Origin: a virus
Lineage: Duplodnaviria > Caudoviricetes
Reading direction: 5' to 3' (one strand)
IMG/VR virus record: IMGVR_UViG_3300037418_002332
DNA length: 64,000 bases
Under the pieces are notes generated by a model. That model was not told the origin of the DNA and made no database searches. It worked only from the letters and a program-made list of their open reading frames with translations. The translations under genes were made by a program, and so were the position numbers. Shown here in pieces: positions 52,261 through 62,366 of the stretch. Within the stretch, counting starts at the first letter, position 1, and each line of letters starts with the position of its first letter.

Positions 52261-53129
52261 GGCTGGACAAACCTCATTGATTGAACAAAATTGCTGTAAA
52301 AATAATATGTTGTTGTCGTGCTTCCACCACTGTGACCACCGCCACCGCCAGTTGTAATAGATGTGTATCCTGTATCAGTGACAAAAGTGCCACTAGCATC
52401 CATTGTATTGAGTGCAATTTGCCTGGATTTGCCACCATATGTGGCGTTAGTTTCAATTACTCTAGTATTTGCTGGTCCTGAATGTCCGATTGTTGGAATA
52501 GTAGAATCAGTTAAATCCAAACCACCTTTAATGAACACCAGATCATTTGCGTTGACTGCAATGCTTGTTGTAGAATGGCCAGAGCTGGATGATTGTCCAC
52601 CACCATAGAATGAATTAGTAACTCCAGTCCATTTACCCGGAAGAACAAACACTTGTTGACTGTTTGTCATTGAAGTATTGCTTGCCTTATTAAATGTCAC
52701 ATTTACAGATGATAAATTTCCAAATCCTAAAGGAATTTGAAATTGACATAACGTGAAATAAGCTCCAACACCAGTCGTTTTATCGTACAGAATTGTTTCA
52801 TCAGTAGCAGAATATGCTCCATTGTTGACATTAACTACAGTTGTTCCTGGTGTAGAACCATGTTCATTGAGTGTCAACAAAGTTGTCCATCTGCTGTTTC
52901 GATTAAGGGATTGGGGATAAGTTAAAGTTCCGCTAATGGATGTAGCTGTGGCATATGTTGAATCAAAGCCTTCTGCGAAAGGACCTGCACCTGCATTTGT
53001 TTCAAAGCCTTGGGCAATCGAAGTCTTAGAAATCAGTTGATTTCTAGATGAGATCGTTTTCAGATCGGTGATAACATCAGTAACAGTTATCAGAGTTGGA
53101 CTAGGTGGAATCAGAGGAAACGGAAACAT
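52257..53129 (-). CDS. Ser/Thr/Gly-rich tail-fibre accessory protein
   Basis: beta-rich S/T/G composition directly downstream of the fibre gene. Confidence 0.6.
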   Translation of the reverse strand: MFPFPLIPPSPTLITVTDVITDLKTISSRNQLISKTSIAQGFETNAGAGPFAEGFDSTYATATSISGTLTYPQSLNRNSRWTTLLTLNEHGSTPGTTVVNVNNGAYSATDETILYDKTTGVGAYFTLCQFQIPLGFGNLSSVNVTFNKASNTSMTNSQQVFVLPGKWTGVTNSFYGGGQSSSSGHSTTSIAVNANDLVFIKGGLDLTDSTIPTIGHSGPANTRVIETNATYGGKSRQIALNTMDASGTFVTDTGYTSITTGGGGGHSGGSTTTTYYFYSNFVQSMRFVQP

Positions 53130-53138
53130 TATTTATCC

Positions 53139-54944
53139 TTACGAAGTCTTCGTGATGCTGCACAACTTGATTCCGCTTATGCTGGTAATAAACAGCAAGA
53201 ATGTACTTCCCACAGTCAAATCCAAACTATCACCATTAACTTTTGTGAAACCTGAGAACGTAACGGCACCAGGAGCTGAATTGTACAAATACAATACCAT
53301 AGACCCTTCTGCGGAAGGTGCAGCAAGGGTGAATGCTCCGCCATTTCTAATCAACTGAAGATTTCTTGATGCAATATTAGGTGTCAATGTGCCACTTGAT
53401 TGAGTACCAAGATCAAGTGTTGTTGCTGTATAACCAGTAGTTAAATTTTTAGTGACGCTTGGTTGAATGTATCGAGCATCTTGTTCAACTTGGCTGATTT
53501 GGCATTTGTACCATGCTTCCCAAGTACCATTGTTTTGAGCTCTACGATAAATTTTAGTATCAGATGAGCTGTCTGCTGTAAAACTATGAATAGTTTGAGT
53601 ACACCAAGCACCATTGTGATTTTCGACAGTGCCAATCCACCAACTTGTATCAGGAGCATTGGCAACTGAAGAACCCATGTACCAACCGTTTTCAGTGGCA
53701 CTGTTCCAATCAGTTATGGTTTTAGCAACAGTTCCTAATCTAGTTGACAATCTAGCATCAGGCAAAGTACCTGAAGATTGGTTAGATGAATTTGCGTAAT
53801 AACCACCAGTTTGACCATCAAGTAGATCGGCATCAAGGCCCGAACCAGCACCGTCAACTGTTTTGATTTTTGTCAAAACGTCGGATGCGGTATAAGAAGC
53901 TGCTGCGAGATAGTATGCGCCTTGTTGACCATCAAGTAGATCGGCATCAAGACCAGAAGCTGGTCCATCGACCGACAGAAGTGGTGTCAATACGTCTGAA
54001 CCTGTCAAGGTCAAAGCGTGAGTATGGGATGTTGAAGTTACAGCATTTGTTGAAGATGAAGTAATTGTTCCCGGTGTACCCAAAGTCAAAGTTCTATCGG
54101 CACCAAGTGTACCACCACCTGTCATACCATTACCAGCTATAATTTGTCTGCTTGCAAAGGCATATAGCGTATCAGCATAAGTTTTAATTGCGGCTTTGAA
54201 ATTTGTCCAAGTAATTTTCTTCAATGCAAATGATGCAGCACTGTCATCCAAAGGAAGAACGTCAGCATCATCAATTGTAGTTTTAGCAGTTGCACCTGAA
54301 ATCGATGAACCAACATTTGTAGCTGACGTCACATCAGCGTTTGTGGCAACAGAATCAAGTTTAGTTTTGTCTGAAGCTGAAAGGAAACCAGCAACAGAAG
54401 TTGTTGCAACAGAGTGAAGTGTACCACCACCACGTGATCCGTGTGAAGAATCACTTATTCTGCCAGCAGGTAATGTACCTGCATTCATATTATCGGCATT
54501 TTGATAATATGAACCGTGTTGTCCGTCTAGTAAATCTGAATCAAGGCCAGAAAGAGCACCATCAACCAAAACCAAACGAGACAACATATTAGAACCGTTT
54601 GAATAGGTGTTAACATATGTGTTTGCTGCGAAAGTTGAACGAACGTAGTTGTTTTGTGCGAATCTACCATTGGTATAATTTCGCATGTAAGTATTTGATG
54701 CGTAGAAAGTGCCTTCTTGTCCATCCAAAAGATCAGCATCTAAACCTGACAAATGTCCATCAACAGTTGACAGTCGAATCAACATATTTGATGCGTTTGA
54801 ATATTGGTTAACATAAGTTGAGTCAGGAATTGTGGTGTTAGCTGTGATTGTGTTGACAGCAACAATCAATTTGTTGGTGGTATTTGCCCATTGAGGAACG
54901 CTTAGTGTAGAGCTACCTGAAATATCAAGTAAGGAAATTGCCAT
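53139..54944 (-). CDS. tail fibre protein
   Basis: four SGLD(A/S)DLLDGQ repeats; pyocin-knob-like DWNSATENGWY.....ANAP...W. Confidence 0.88.
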   Translation of the reverse strand: MAISLLDISGSSTLSVPQWANTTNKLIVAVNTITANTTIPDSTYVNQYSNASNMLIRLSTVDGHLSGLDADLLDGQEGTFYASNTYMRNYTNGRFAQNNYVRSTFAANTYVNTYSNGSNMLSRLVLVDGALSGLDSDLLDGQHGSYYQNADNMNAGTLPAGRISDSSHGSRGGGTLHSVATTSVAGFLSASDKTKLDSVATNADVTSATNVGSSISGATAKTTIDDADVLPLDDSAASFALKKITWTNFKAAIKTYADTLYAFASRQIIAGNGMTGGGTLGADRTLTLGTPGTITSSSTNAVTSTSHTHALTLTGSDVLTPLLSVDGPASGLDADLLDGQQGAYYLAAASYTASDVLTKIKTVDGAGSGLDADLLDGQTGGYYANSSNQSSGTLPDARLSTRLGTVAKTITDWNSATENGWYMGSSVANAPDTSWWIGTVENHNGAWCTQTIHSFTADSSSDTKIYRRAQNNGTWEAWYKCQISQVEQDARYIQPSVTKNLTTGYTATTLDLGTQSSGTLTPNIASRNLQLIRNGGAFTLAAPSAEGSMVLYLYNSAPGAVTFSGFTKVNGDSLDLTVGSTFLLFITSISGIKLCSITKTS

Positions 54945-54945
54945 T

Positions 54946-55146
54946 TTATTCCTTTGTAAGTGCTGTCAAAATCATATCAAGCTTAGTTTCTAGACTATCA
55001 AGTCTATTTTCAAGTTGATCGATCTTCTTATTTTTTTGTCTTAGAATTGCTTTACGCTTTTTATATTGCGCGAGAGTTTGATCATCCAAAACTACAATGG
55101 CTTTGGTTTTTGGGTCCCGCGCAATTTTGTTTAAGTTTGTATCCAT
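54946..55146 (-). CDS. small coiled-coil virion-associated protein
   Basis: RDPKTKAIV......YK.RK...I..LE..L..LE.KLD.IL; follows the DUF4815-type gene. Confidence 0.7.
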   Translation of the reverse strand: MDTNLNKIARDPKTKAIVVLDDQTLAQYKKRKAILRQKNKKIDQLENRLDSLETKLDMILTALTKE

Positions 55147-55152
55147 TAGCTT

Positions 55153-58100
55153 TTACTTTTGTAGACAGATAGCACGCATATCACGGCATCTTGGAACAAC
55201 TACTGAATCACTACTCAATAGAACGATCTTGATTGACAAGTATTTGTAACCAGTAAATTGAACGTTCTTTGAGTTAATGTATTGGTATTCACCATTCAAA
55301 CCAGTCAAGTTTGCATCATCAATTGAATATTCAAGTTCCTTGAAGTCCAATCTGTCTTCAGTATCAGAATACAGATTCTTGGAAGTCATGGTCAAAGGAA
55401 CCCACTCAATATCATCGAAAGTATCTGAATCAGAAGCATTCAACAATTTTGCATATACAAGAATATCAGTGGATGGTGGTCTGTAACCAGTTACATAAAC
55501 CTTCAAGTCTTCAGCATCTTGACCTTCAGCCAAAGTTACTTTTCTAGTGATGTACTTATTTAGGGCATTGCCTCCGGTGTTACTATCTTCACCAGTTGAG
55601 TCATTGTTAATGATATTGTGAACAAAGATATTATGTACTCTAGAAGTATTAACAACTGGAGAAACATTAGTATCAAATGTAGTCAAAGTAGAACGAAGTC
55701 TCAAAGTATCGGATGCAACAGAAGCAGATGAAATAATCTTTTCTTCAGATACAGTATAGTCACTACCAACTGGAATTCTTGTCAAAGCTGAAAGTGAATT
55801 GGTATTTGAAGTTGTGCGGATATCCCAATCAATGTATGTGTTCAACAAAATAACTTCGGCTGATTGCGGATTAACCAAATTGAATTTCTTCGCTTGGAAT
55901 GAACCAATAATCGCTGAGTTATTTGAAGTTTCACCACGAATATTTTCACCAACAGTGAAGGCTGTTGAGTTAGTTCTAACAACATCCATCAAGAATGTGT
56001 TAGCAGTTGAAGAGTTGTATTTCAAAAGCGTACCAAGAGGCACAACAGTGCTTGAAATTGTACCAGTCACACCCTTCGCGGTGTTATTTGCATAGCGAAC
56101 TGAGAAAGTTTCGACAGGAGTAAAATCAGTGAATACGTCTTTCAATCTGAAGTTTGGAGAAGTGCCTGAAACAACAGTACCTCGACCACCAGAAGTTGTG
56201 CCGACGATGATATCAGTATTTGCAATTGTACCACCAGTTACGCCGGATACAACCATTCTGGTTTCACCGTAAATTGTTTCACTGACTTCGTCCCATTCAC
56301 CTGAAGTGGATGAAAGTGATAGGAAGTCAGTTGGAACGTTCACGAAGTCAGCATAACCTGAACCTGAAGTGAATTGTGCAATAAACAAGTCCAACTTGAA
56401 GTCTTCATCTTGGATAGGTTCATATACACCATCGTTTGATGAAGCATAAAGAACACCAGCAAATGGTTGCTTTGAAATTTTTTCACCAGTTACAACGTCT
56501 GTTCTACCAAGCTTAGCAACCCAAAGTGTAGTTTGATCATTGTTTGCTTCAGGTTTTACAATCAAAGCATATGAGGTGTTATTCATCAAGAATATTGGAC
56601 CATCAAAAGTCACAGTTGTTGCAGTTGCAGCAGTAGCTGAAACGTTAATACTTGCTGACGGAATTCTAACCTTTGAACCTGGAACAACTTTATTGGTAAT
56701 GTATTGTGCTGAATTCAATTCACGAAGTTCAACAATAGCACCATATGTAGCATGTTTTGAAGCAAAATACAAATTTACACCAGTGAAGAACAAACCAGGT
56801 GACAGTCCTGAATCAACCAAGAAAGTTTGAGCAATAGGATCGTTAGGAGAGCCTGTACCACGGCCTGATGAACCACCAGCTTCTGATCCACCACCACCTC
56901 CGCCACTAGTGCCATTAATAACTCTGGTTTGAGTTGATGAAGTAGTTGGAGTTGGGCTGAAAGTAGTTACAGTCGCAGTTTGTGTCAAAGTGTTAATTGA
57001 AATATCAGGAATTTCAGTTGACACGATAGTGTTTTGTTTGGTTTGATTCAAACCAGAAGCGTTGAACGCTGCTTGACCTGAAGTTGTAACCAAACCTTGA
57101 TCAGTTTCATTTGTTGAACTGTCGGTCAATCTGAAATTTCTTTGCCCAGTTCTGAATCTCAATGAATTATTATTTGGAATTACAAATGTACCATAGATCA
57201 AACCATTTGAATCAGTCATCAAAGTAGATGATGGGTTCAAGTAATTTGAATCAGTCTTTTTGGTATATGAAGTGATATTCTCACCATCAAAGAACGCATA
57301 AAGTTTGGTTGAAGGTTTGAAACCTGAACCGAAGTATTTTACAGTTTGTTGACGAATGAAAGGAATGACGCTGACGTCAACAACTCTATCACCATAGTTT
57401 TGAGTTTGAGTACCACCACTTGATACTAGAAGTTCTGTACCACTTCTTGTTGAAGTAGCAGTCGTGGTTGTACCACCACCTGAAGTGGTTGTTGTAGTTG
57501 AAGTGGTTGTTGACGAACCAATTCTTGAAGTAGAGGTAGAAGTTGTTGTTCTACCTGCAGTTGTTACTGAACCAGTGATGACGGTTTGCCATGCACCCCA
57601 ATCTGTGCCCCAAGCATCTGAAAGTTGTTGCCAGTTGTCAAGGTTGGTTGTATCGGTGATTTGCAAGTCTGGGATGGTAGTTGTGTCAACCCAATAATCA
57701 CTGTTTGGAGTAAGAACGATATCACCAACATAGTTGTAGAACAAACCAGCTGCGTTTCTAGTTGACGTAGCATTTGGCTGTGACAAGTAAGTGCTGGTTG
57801 TATATGGTCTGGTCAAATTCTTACCTGACAAAGTCAAACCTGAATTTGAAACATACTTCATAGCAATATCATCCATCACAAAGATAGGACGAATTTCTGA
57901 AGCTGTACGATCAACTGCGATGTTGTAATCTGGATTTGATAAATCACCAACACCGTGGTCGTTGAATGGATCAACCAAAATACCGTTCTTGAATCTGTCA
58001 AGACCATCTTCATCGACGATCTTAGTGTCGAAAGTATCTTTTTCAAGCATAGACAAAGTGACATAGTATTCAAGATTTGAAATACGTTGTTCAAGTGTAC

Positions 58101-61026
58101 CAATATCTTTCATAGTATAACGCTTGATAGCGATGTTTTGAACTTTGTTTGCGTAGCTTGGTCTATTAGCTGCAACGGCAATACTTGAAGGCAAGCTTGG
58201 ATATGGAGCAATGTTAACGATTGAAAGAACCATAGATTCTTCAAGGTTATTAGGCACTGCTGGGTTCAGACTTGGAATACCTTTGATTTGTTGGATCAAA
58301 CCATTTTTGTCAACAATGATCAAGTCTTTTCTTGGCAAGTAATAGCTGTAATCAATAATGAAGTCACTGTTTGGAGTTGCAGTATGTAGACCACCAGTTG
58401 GTACAATGAAGGAATTTGTAGTTGCTGGATTTTCCGTAGCAGAACCAATTACAGTTGTAGTTGTTGCAGTATTGGTTTTAGCTGATCTTGTATCAATACA
58501 ATCACGAAGATTGAATACTTCACCAGTAATTGTTGATCTGAAAAGTGGAATTTGTTGAGTGGTGATTGCATTTGTATTTGCTGCACCATTAACATCATCA
58601 ACTGGATAGCTGTCAACTGAATAGTAACCAGCACCTTGAGTTGTGTCATGTTCAAAATGATCTAAGCTAACCAAAAGATAATCACCGGAAGCAACCGCAC
58701 CAGTTACAAGTGGGCGAAGCTTAGCATGATCATAGAAATTATCTCTTTGACCATCATCCAAAGCAAAATTTTCAGTGACTAATGTACCTTCAGAAGTTGA
58801 AGCAAAGGCTGAACCTTTCTTTCTAACCCAATTGATACGAATTACGTCTGACAAACCAAGATTCCAAGGTCCAACTGTAGTTGCAGGGTTGGTTGAAATG
58901 CGAATTTTAACTAATCTGTTTGTACGAAGGATTTTCTTGATTTCTTGAGCTGTTGTTTTTCTCAAGTTGGTGATAATTGATGCAGAAACTGTACCAGTAT
59001 AAGTTTCTTTCAAGTCAAACGCAGCTGAAGTTGAAGAAGAGATAGTTACAGTACGATCTGTACCATTGTCAACACCCTTCAATGATAGATCAACTATGTC
59101 ACCGACCAAATATCTCTTAGAGAACGCTGAAGATGACGCTGGCGAGCTTGGTGCAGCGTCCAAAGTCATCAAAGTATTGTTTGTGATGGTTGCAACACGA
59201 CGAACTGATGATGAATCAGCAATTAAAATCTTGTCACCAACGTTCAACTTGGTGAAAGCAGTGCCTGAACCGTTGACAGTGGTACCAGAAGTTGAAATTG
59301 TACCTGCCATCAAAATAGAAGTTGCCGCATTGAAGCAAAGTTGGAAATTTTCACGCTTCTGAGTAGTGTTCAGAGCACCTGCACCGAATGGAAAGATTTC
59401 GTTCGCGGTGCCAGTGTTAAGTGTAAAGGTGCCGTTGGTACCAATTGAGATGTCGAATTTCTTTTTGAAGCTGAAACTTGTCTCAACATTTCCGCCATCA
59501 TCACGAATTCTCTTGATATTTTCAGTTGGAATTTTGAAAATTGAGTTGTCAAAGTTCTTTTCAAGTAGTTCTGGTGTACCATAAACGTCTGCAGAAGCAT
59601 CCGCAGTTGATGCATTATCGTAATGAAGTGCTTTTACTGATGAAAACGCAGCATTGGACATGACAACATTGGTTAAATGTGCTCTATAGATAGCTGAATT
59701 TGCGCCAGGAATACCAGATTCATATTCAATTGATTTTAGAGTTGCTGTACCAATTTGAGCACCGGAAGCAGAGCCTGAATATGTTCTATTGGTGATCTTT
59801 TTATCGGCTGTATCGTGAAGAGTAACGACAATACCATCGTTGACATTCCAGTCACCGACTAATTCATTTACTCTTACATAGTTACCATAGTTGGCAGCAA
59901 TGGTTTGGCCTGAAACTTCTTTGGCATCAATGCCTTTTTCGATTGAAACATATTCCGTAACAATCTTTTCAACTTCATAACCCTTGACATATGCTTTACC
60001 AGGTTCAACACCAACTGCAAGCAATGAAGAATTACCACCATCGATTTGAGAAAGGAAACCAGCGTTTGTACCATCATTCAGATGTTCACGAAGTCTGATT
60101 TTTAGACCATTGACAACATAGTCACCAGATTCATCGTAAGTTCTGCGTGCGAATTCGTCACGGATAACAGAATATTCAGTACGAGTGACGAGCTTATTAA
60201 TAACACCTGATCGAATATCGAGAATTTGGATAAAATCATCAGGAATTGTATCACCGTCATTGTATACGCGAAGTACAGGAACAAGTTGAAGACGGTCTGC
60301 ACCAGGAGCCGCGTAATTGTAGGAGCCTGAAGCTGGGTCAAGGAGGGTAAAGTCTTCGTTGTTGGTGATGATGTTTTCTTCAATTACAAACCCTGCCTTA
60401 CATGTCGGAGTCAATGAATATTTGGAAAGGATAACTCTTTGTTCATCGAAACGAATAAAGTGGTCCTTAGCAAAAATAATACCATCAGTGATATGAAGTG
60501 AAACACCAGTACCAACCGCAGTGTTTGAGTTGAATACTTGGAATGTTACACCGGTGTTTGAGGTGATTGTTTCGTTTTTCTTGAAGACTTTTTCAGTACC
60601 ATCGGTTGAGCCTGAAAGGTATTTGATGAATAGAGTTTTAGTATCTGGGTCTTCAGCTTCTGAACCAGAAGCATATGACATGACCAATGCGTTGATACCA
60701 TTGTTAGCTGATGTAAGTCTCTTACCTACAAGCTCAGAGAGATTTAATGGATTTGAAATTGTGTCTTCATCATTGACCTTGATATAGAATGTGTCATAGT
60801 CAACATTAGTCTTACCATTCTTAACGATAGCACCTTCAGCAAAGAAGTGCTCAGCATTACGATCAATTTGGTTTTGAAGTATAGTTTGAAGCTGAGTGAG
60901 TTCACGTGCTTGAACTGCCAAACTTGGATTGAACAAGATTCTATGGTAGTTCTTATTTTCATTGAAATCGTCATAGTAAGGTGACGTGTTGAAATTGGTG
61001 GTCAGTGTGTTATTATTTGCCATCAT
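55153..61026 (-). CDS. giant virion structural protein (DUF4815/VrlC-like)
   Basis: N-terminal NFN.SPYYDDF...KNY.RILF.P..AVQARELTQLQ.ILQ.Q; APGADRL; IEYYVTLSMLE; RFKNG.LVD.F. Confidence 0.9.
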   Translation of the reverse strand: MMANNNTLTTNFNTSPYYDDFNENKNYHRILFNPSLAVQARELTQLQTILQNQIDRNAEHFFAEGAIVKNGKTNVDYDTFYIKVNDEDTISNPLNLSELVGKRLTSANNGINALVMSYASGSEAEDPDTKTLFIKYLSGSTDGTEKVFKKNETITSNTGVTFQVFNSNTAVGTGVSLHITDGIIFAKDHFIRFDEQRVILSKYSLTPTCKAGFVIEENIITNNEDFTLLDPASGSYNYAAPGADRLQLVPVLRVYNDGDTIPDDFIQILDIRSGVINKLVTRTEYSVIRDEFARRTYDESGDYVVNGLKIRLREHLNDGTNAGFLSQIDGGNSSLLAVGVEPGKAYVKGYEVEKIVTEYVSIEKGIDAKEVSGQTIAANYGNYVRVNELVGDWNVNDGIVVTLHDTADKKITNRTYSGSASGAQIGTATLKSIEYESGIPGANSAIYRAHLTNVVMSNAAFSSVKALHYDNASTADASADVYGTPELLEKNFDNSIFKIPTENIKRIRDDGGNVETSFSFKKKFDISIGTNGTFTLNTGTANEIFPFGAGALNTTQKRENFQLCFNAATSILMAGTISTSGTTVNGSGTAFTKLNVGDKILIADSSSVRRVATITNNTLMTLDAAPSSPASSSAFSKRYLVGDIVDLSLKGVDNGTDRTVTISSSTSAAFDLKETYTGTVSASIITNLRKTTAQEIKKILRTNRLVKIRISTNPATTVGPWNLGLSDVIRINWVRKKGSAFASTSEGTLVTENFALDDGQRDNFYDHAKLRPLVTGAVASGDYLLVSLDHFEHDTTQGAGYYSVDSYPVDDVNGAANTNAITTQQIPLFRSTITGEVFNLRDCIDTRSAKTNTATTTTVIGSATENPATTNSFIVPTGGLHTATPNSDFIIDYSYYLPRKDLIIVDKNGLIQQIKGIPSLNPAVPNNLEESMVLSIVNIAPYPSLPSSIAVAANRPSYANKVQNIAIKRYTMKDIGTLEQRISNLEYYVTLSMLEKDTFDTKIVDEDGLDRFKNGILVDPFNDHGVGDLSNPDYNIAVDRTASEIRPIFVMDDIAMKYVSNSGLTLSGKNLTRPYTTSTYLSQPNATSTRNAAGLFYNYVGDIVLTPNSDYWVDTTTIPDLQITDTTNLDNWQQLSDAWGTDWGAWQTVITGSVTTAGRTTTSTSTSRIGSSTTTSTTTTTSGGGTTTTATSTRSGTELLVSSGGTQTQNYGDRVVDVSVIPFIRQQTVKYFGSGFKPSTKLYAFFDGENITSYTKKTDSNYLNPSSTLMTDSNGLIYGTFVIPNNNSLRFRTGQRNFRLTDSSTNETDQGLVTTSGQAAFNASGLNQTKQNTIVSTEIPDISINTLTQTATVTTFSPTPTTSSTQTRVINGTSGGGGGGSEAGGSSGRGTGSPNDPIAQTFLVDSGLSPGLFFTGVNLYFASKHATYGAIVELRELNSAQYITNKVVPGSKVRIPSASINVSATAATATTVTFDGPIFLMNNTSYALIVKPEANNDQTTLWVAKLGRTDVVTGEKISKQPFAGVLYASSNDGVYEPIQDEDFKLDLFIAQFTSGSGYADFVNVPTDFLSLSSTSGEWDEVSETIYGETRMVVSGVTGGTIANTDIIVGTTSGGRGTVVSGTSPNFRLKDVFTDFTPVETFSVRYANNTAKGVTGTISSTVVPLGTLLKYNSSTANTFLMDVVRTNSTAFTVGENIRGETSNNSAIIGSFQAKKFNLVNPQSAEVILLNTYIDWDIRTTSNTNSLSALTRIPVGSDYTVSEEKIISSASVASDTLRLRSTLTTFDTNVSPVVNTSRVHNIFVHNIINNDSTGEDSNTGGNALNKYITRKVTLAEGQDAEDLKVYVTGYRPPSTDILVYAKLLNASDSDTFDDIEWVPLTMTSKNLYSDTEDRLDFKELEYSIDDANLTGLNGEYQYINSKNVQFTGYKYLSIKIVLLSSDSVVVPRCRDMRAICLQK

Positions 61027-61050
61027 TCTCTCTTAAATGGGAAGTTGAAT

Positions 61051-61057
61051 TATTTAG
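61051..61057 (-). promoter_or_regulatory. T4-type late promoter candidate
   Basis: CTAAATA on the - strand about 25 nt before the giant structural gene. Confidence 0.6.
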
Positions 61058-61063
61058 TTGTGT

Positions 61064-61107
61064 AATTGCCCAGAACCTAACGAGATTTTCAAAGGTTCTG
61101 GGCAATT
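61064..61107. repeat. perfect 15-bp inverted repeat (14-nt loop)
   Basis: AATTGCCCAGAACCT / AGGTTCTGGGCAATT. Confidence 0.85.
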
Positions 61108-61112
61108 CAAAT

Positions 61113-61724
61113 TCACTTTTGAACTTTCACCATTACAGTTTGATGCTTCAAATATTCTTTCAAAATTGTCAATTCACCCAATTTGGATAAAAATTCAATT
61201 CCTCTAGTTCTTTCTCTGACATCAGTTATGATAATACATCCATCTTTTGCTTGTGCTTTAATTTTGTCAAAGTATTCAGTTATTGGGAAATGAAATCCCC
61301 AAGCAATAGTAGATATGATCAAGTCCAATTCCACATTCGGAAACTCATTTTTATTTCCGTCATAGATATTGATATGTTCTATTGGTATACCATTTCTATT
61401 CAAAAATGCGGAAGTCAAATTCAAATCGCAATAAATGCTACCTTCATCGAACCCATATACAACATCATCAGATTTACCATGCTTATCCAATAAATGAAAA
61501 TTTGGTTTGTTATCATAATGTTCATTCAAAAGACAATTTATGGCGCCCATACCACAACCAATATCCAAAATGTTAGTCGCTGATTCTGGCAAGTATAGTT
61601 TTATAGCATCAAACTGATTTACAACACCATCATAAAAATCATCACCAAAATTATTTGACTTGTTTAATGCAGTTCTCTGTAACTTGAGATATTCAATTTC
61701 ATCTTCATTGATGGGTGATAGCAT
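61113..61724 (-). CDS. class I SAM-dependent methyltransferase
   Basis: ILDIGCGMG, HLLDK, DLIIS..AWGFHFP. Confidence 0.85.
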   Translation of the reverse strand: MLSPINEDEIEYLKLQRTALNKSNNFGDDFYDGVVNQFDAIKLYLPESATNILDIGCGMGAINCLLNEHYDNKPNFHLLDKHGKSDDVVYGFDEGSIYCDLNLTSAFLNRNGIPIEHINIYDGNKNEFPNVELDLIISTIAWGFHFPITEYFDKIKAQAKDGCIIITDVRERTRGIEFLSKLGELTILKEYLKHQTVMVKVQK

Positions 61725-61795
61725 TTACTTTCCTTAATGTGCTGACAGGACCTTAGTAAAACTGAGGCCCTGCCAAGAAAAATTTTTATAGAGAA

Positions 61796-62266
61796 TTATT
61801 CGGATGCTTGATCAGTAACAACTGGAGACTCTGATTCAATCGGCGTAGCCGGTGAATCTACGGGAGCCTCAGTTTCGACTACTGGAGATGTTTCCACAGG
61901 AGTTTCGACAGGAGCGTAAACTGCTACAGGAACTTCGACAACAGGTTCAGCAGGAGCAGGTTCACTTACTTCTTCTGCAGGAGCGGAATCAGCCACAGGA
62001 GTATCAACAACGACTGGATCAGCAGCTTCGACAGGATCGGAAGGCTCATCGCCAACAGCACCTGTGTCACTGGTATCATCAGTACCATCTACATCACCTT
62101 CATCTTCAACAATATCAACGTCATCACCTTCAGTATCAACTTCATCTTCACCACCGAACAAGTCTTCAATTTCTTCAATTACTTCTTCGACGAGCTCTTC
62201 AACTTTCTCTTCAACAACGGTCAATTTTTCTTCGACCCATTCAACAACTTCTTTAATATCTGGCAT
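61796..62266 (-). CDS. highly acidic low-complexity protein
   Basis: E/D/V/P-dominated 156 aa; aaagga RBS; late promoter upstream. Confidence 0.75.
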   Translation of the reverse strand: MPDIKEVVEWVEEKLTVVEEKVEELVEEVIEEIEDLFGGEDEVDTEGDDVDIVEDEGDVDGTDDTSDTGAVGDEPSDPVEAADPVVVDTPVADSAPAEEVSEPAPAEPVVEVPVAVYAPVETPVETSPVVETEAPVDSPATPIESESPVVTDQASE

Positions 62267-62294
62267 TTGCTATCCTTTTGGTTAGAGGCACTAC

Positions 62295-62301
62295 TATTTA
62301 G
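62295..62301 (-). promoter_or_regulatory. T4-type late promoter candidate
   Basis: CTAAATA on the - strand 28 nt before ATG 62266. Confidence 0.55.
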
Positions 62302-62366
62302 GCAGTGAACCATCCTGAAAGGCACCGTAACCAAAAGTTTACCAAAATTTAAAGTTCGAAGAAGTC

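Noticed and set aside
53139-54944. Repeated LDADLLDG blocks as a DGR template/variable repeat or as CRISPR repeats
   Set aside because: They are in-frame protein repeats typical of tail fibres with synonymous variation; no reverse transcriptase and no adenine-specific mismatch pattern.
56880-57620. Thr/Ser/Gly-rich low-complexity stretches in the giant structural gene as a separate repeat element
   Set aside because: They are in-frame linker segments of the 1957-aa protein; the + strand ORFs over them are shadows.
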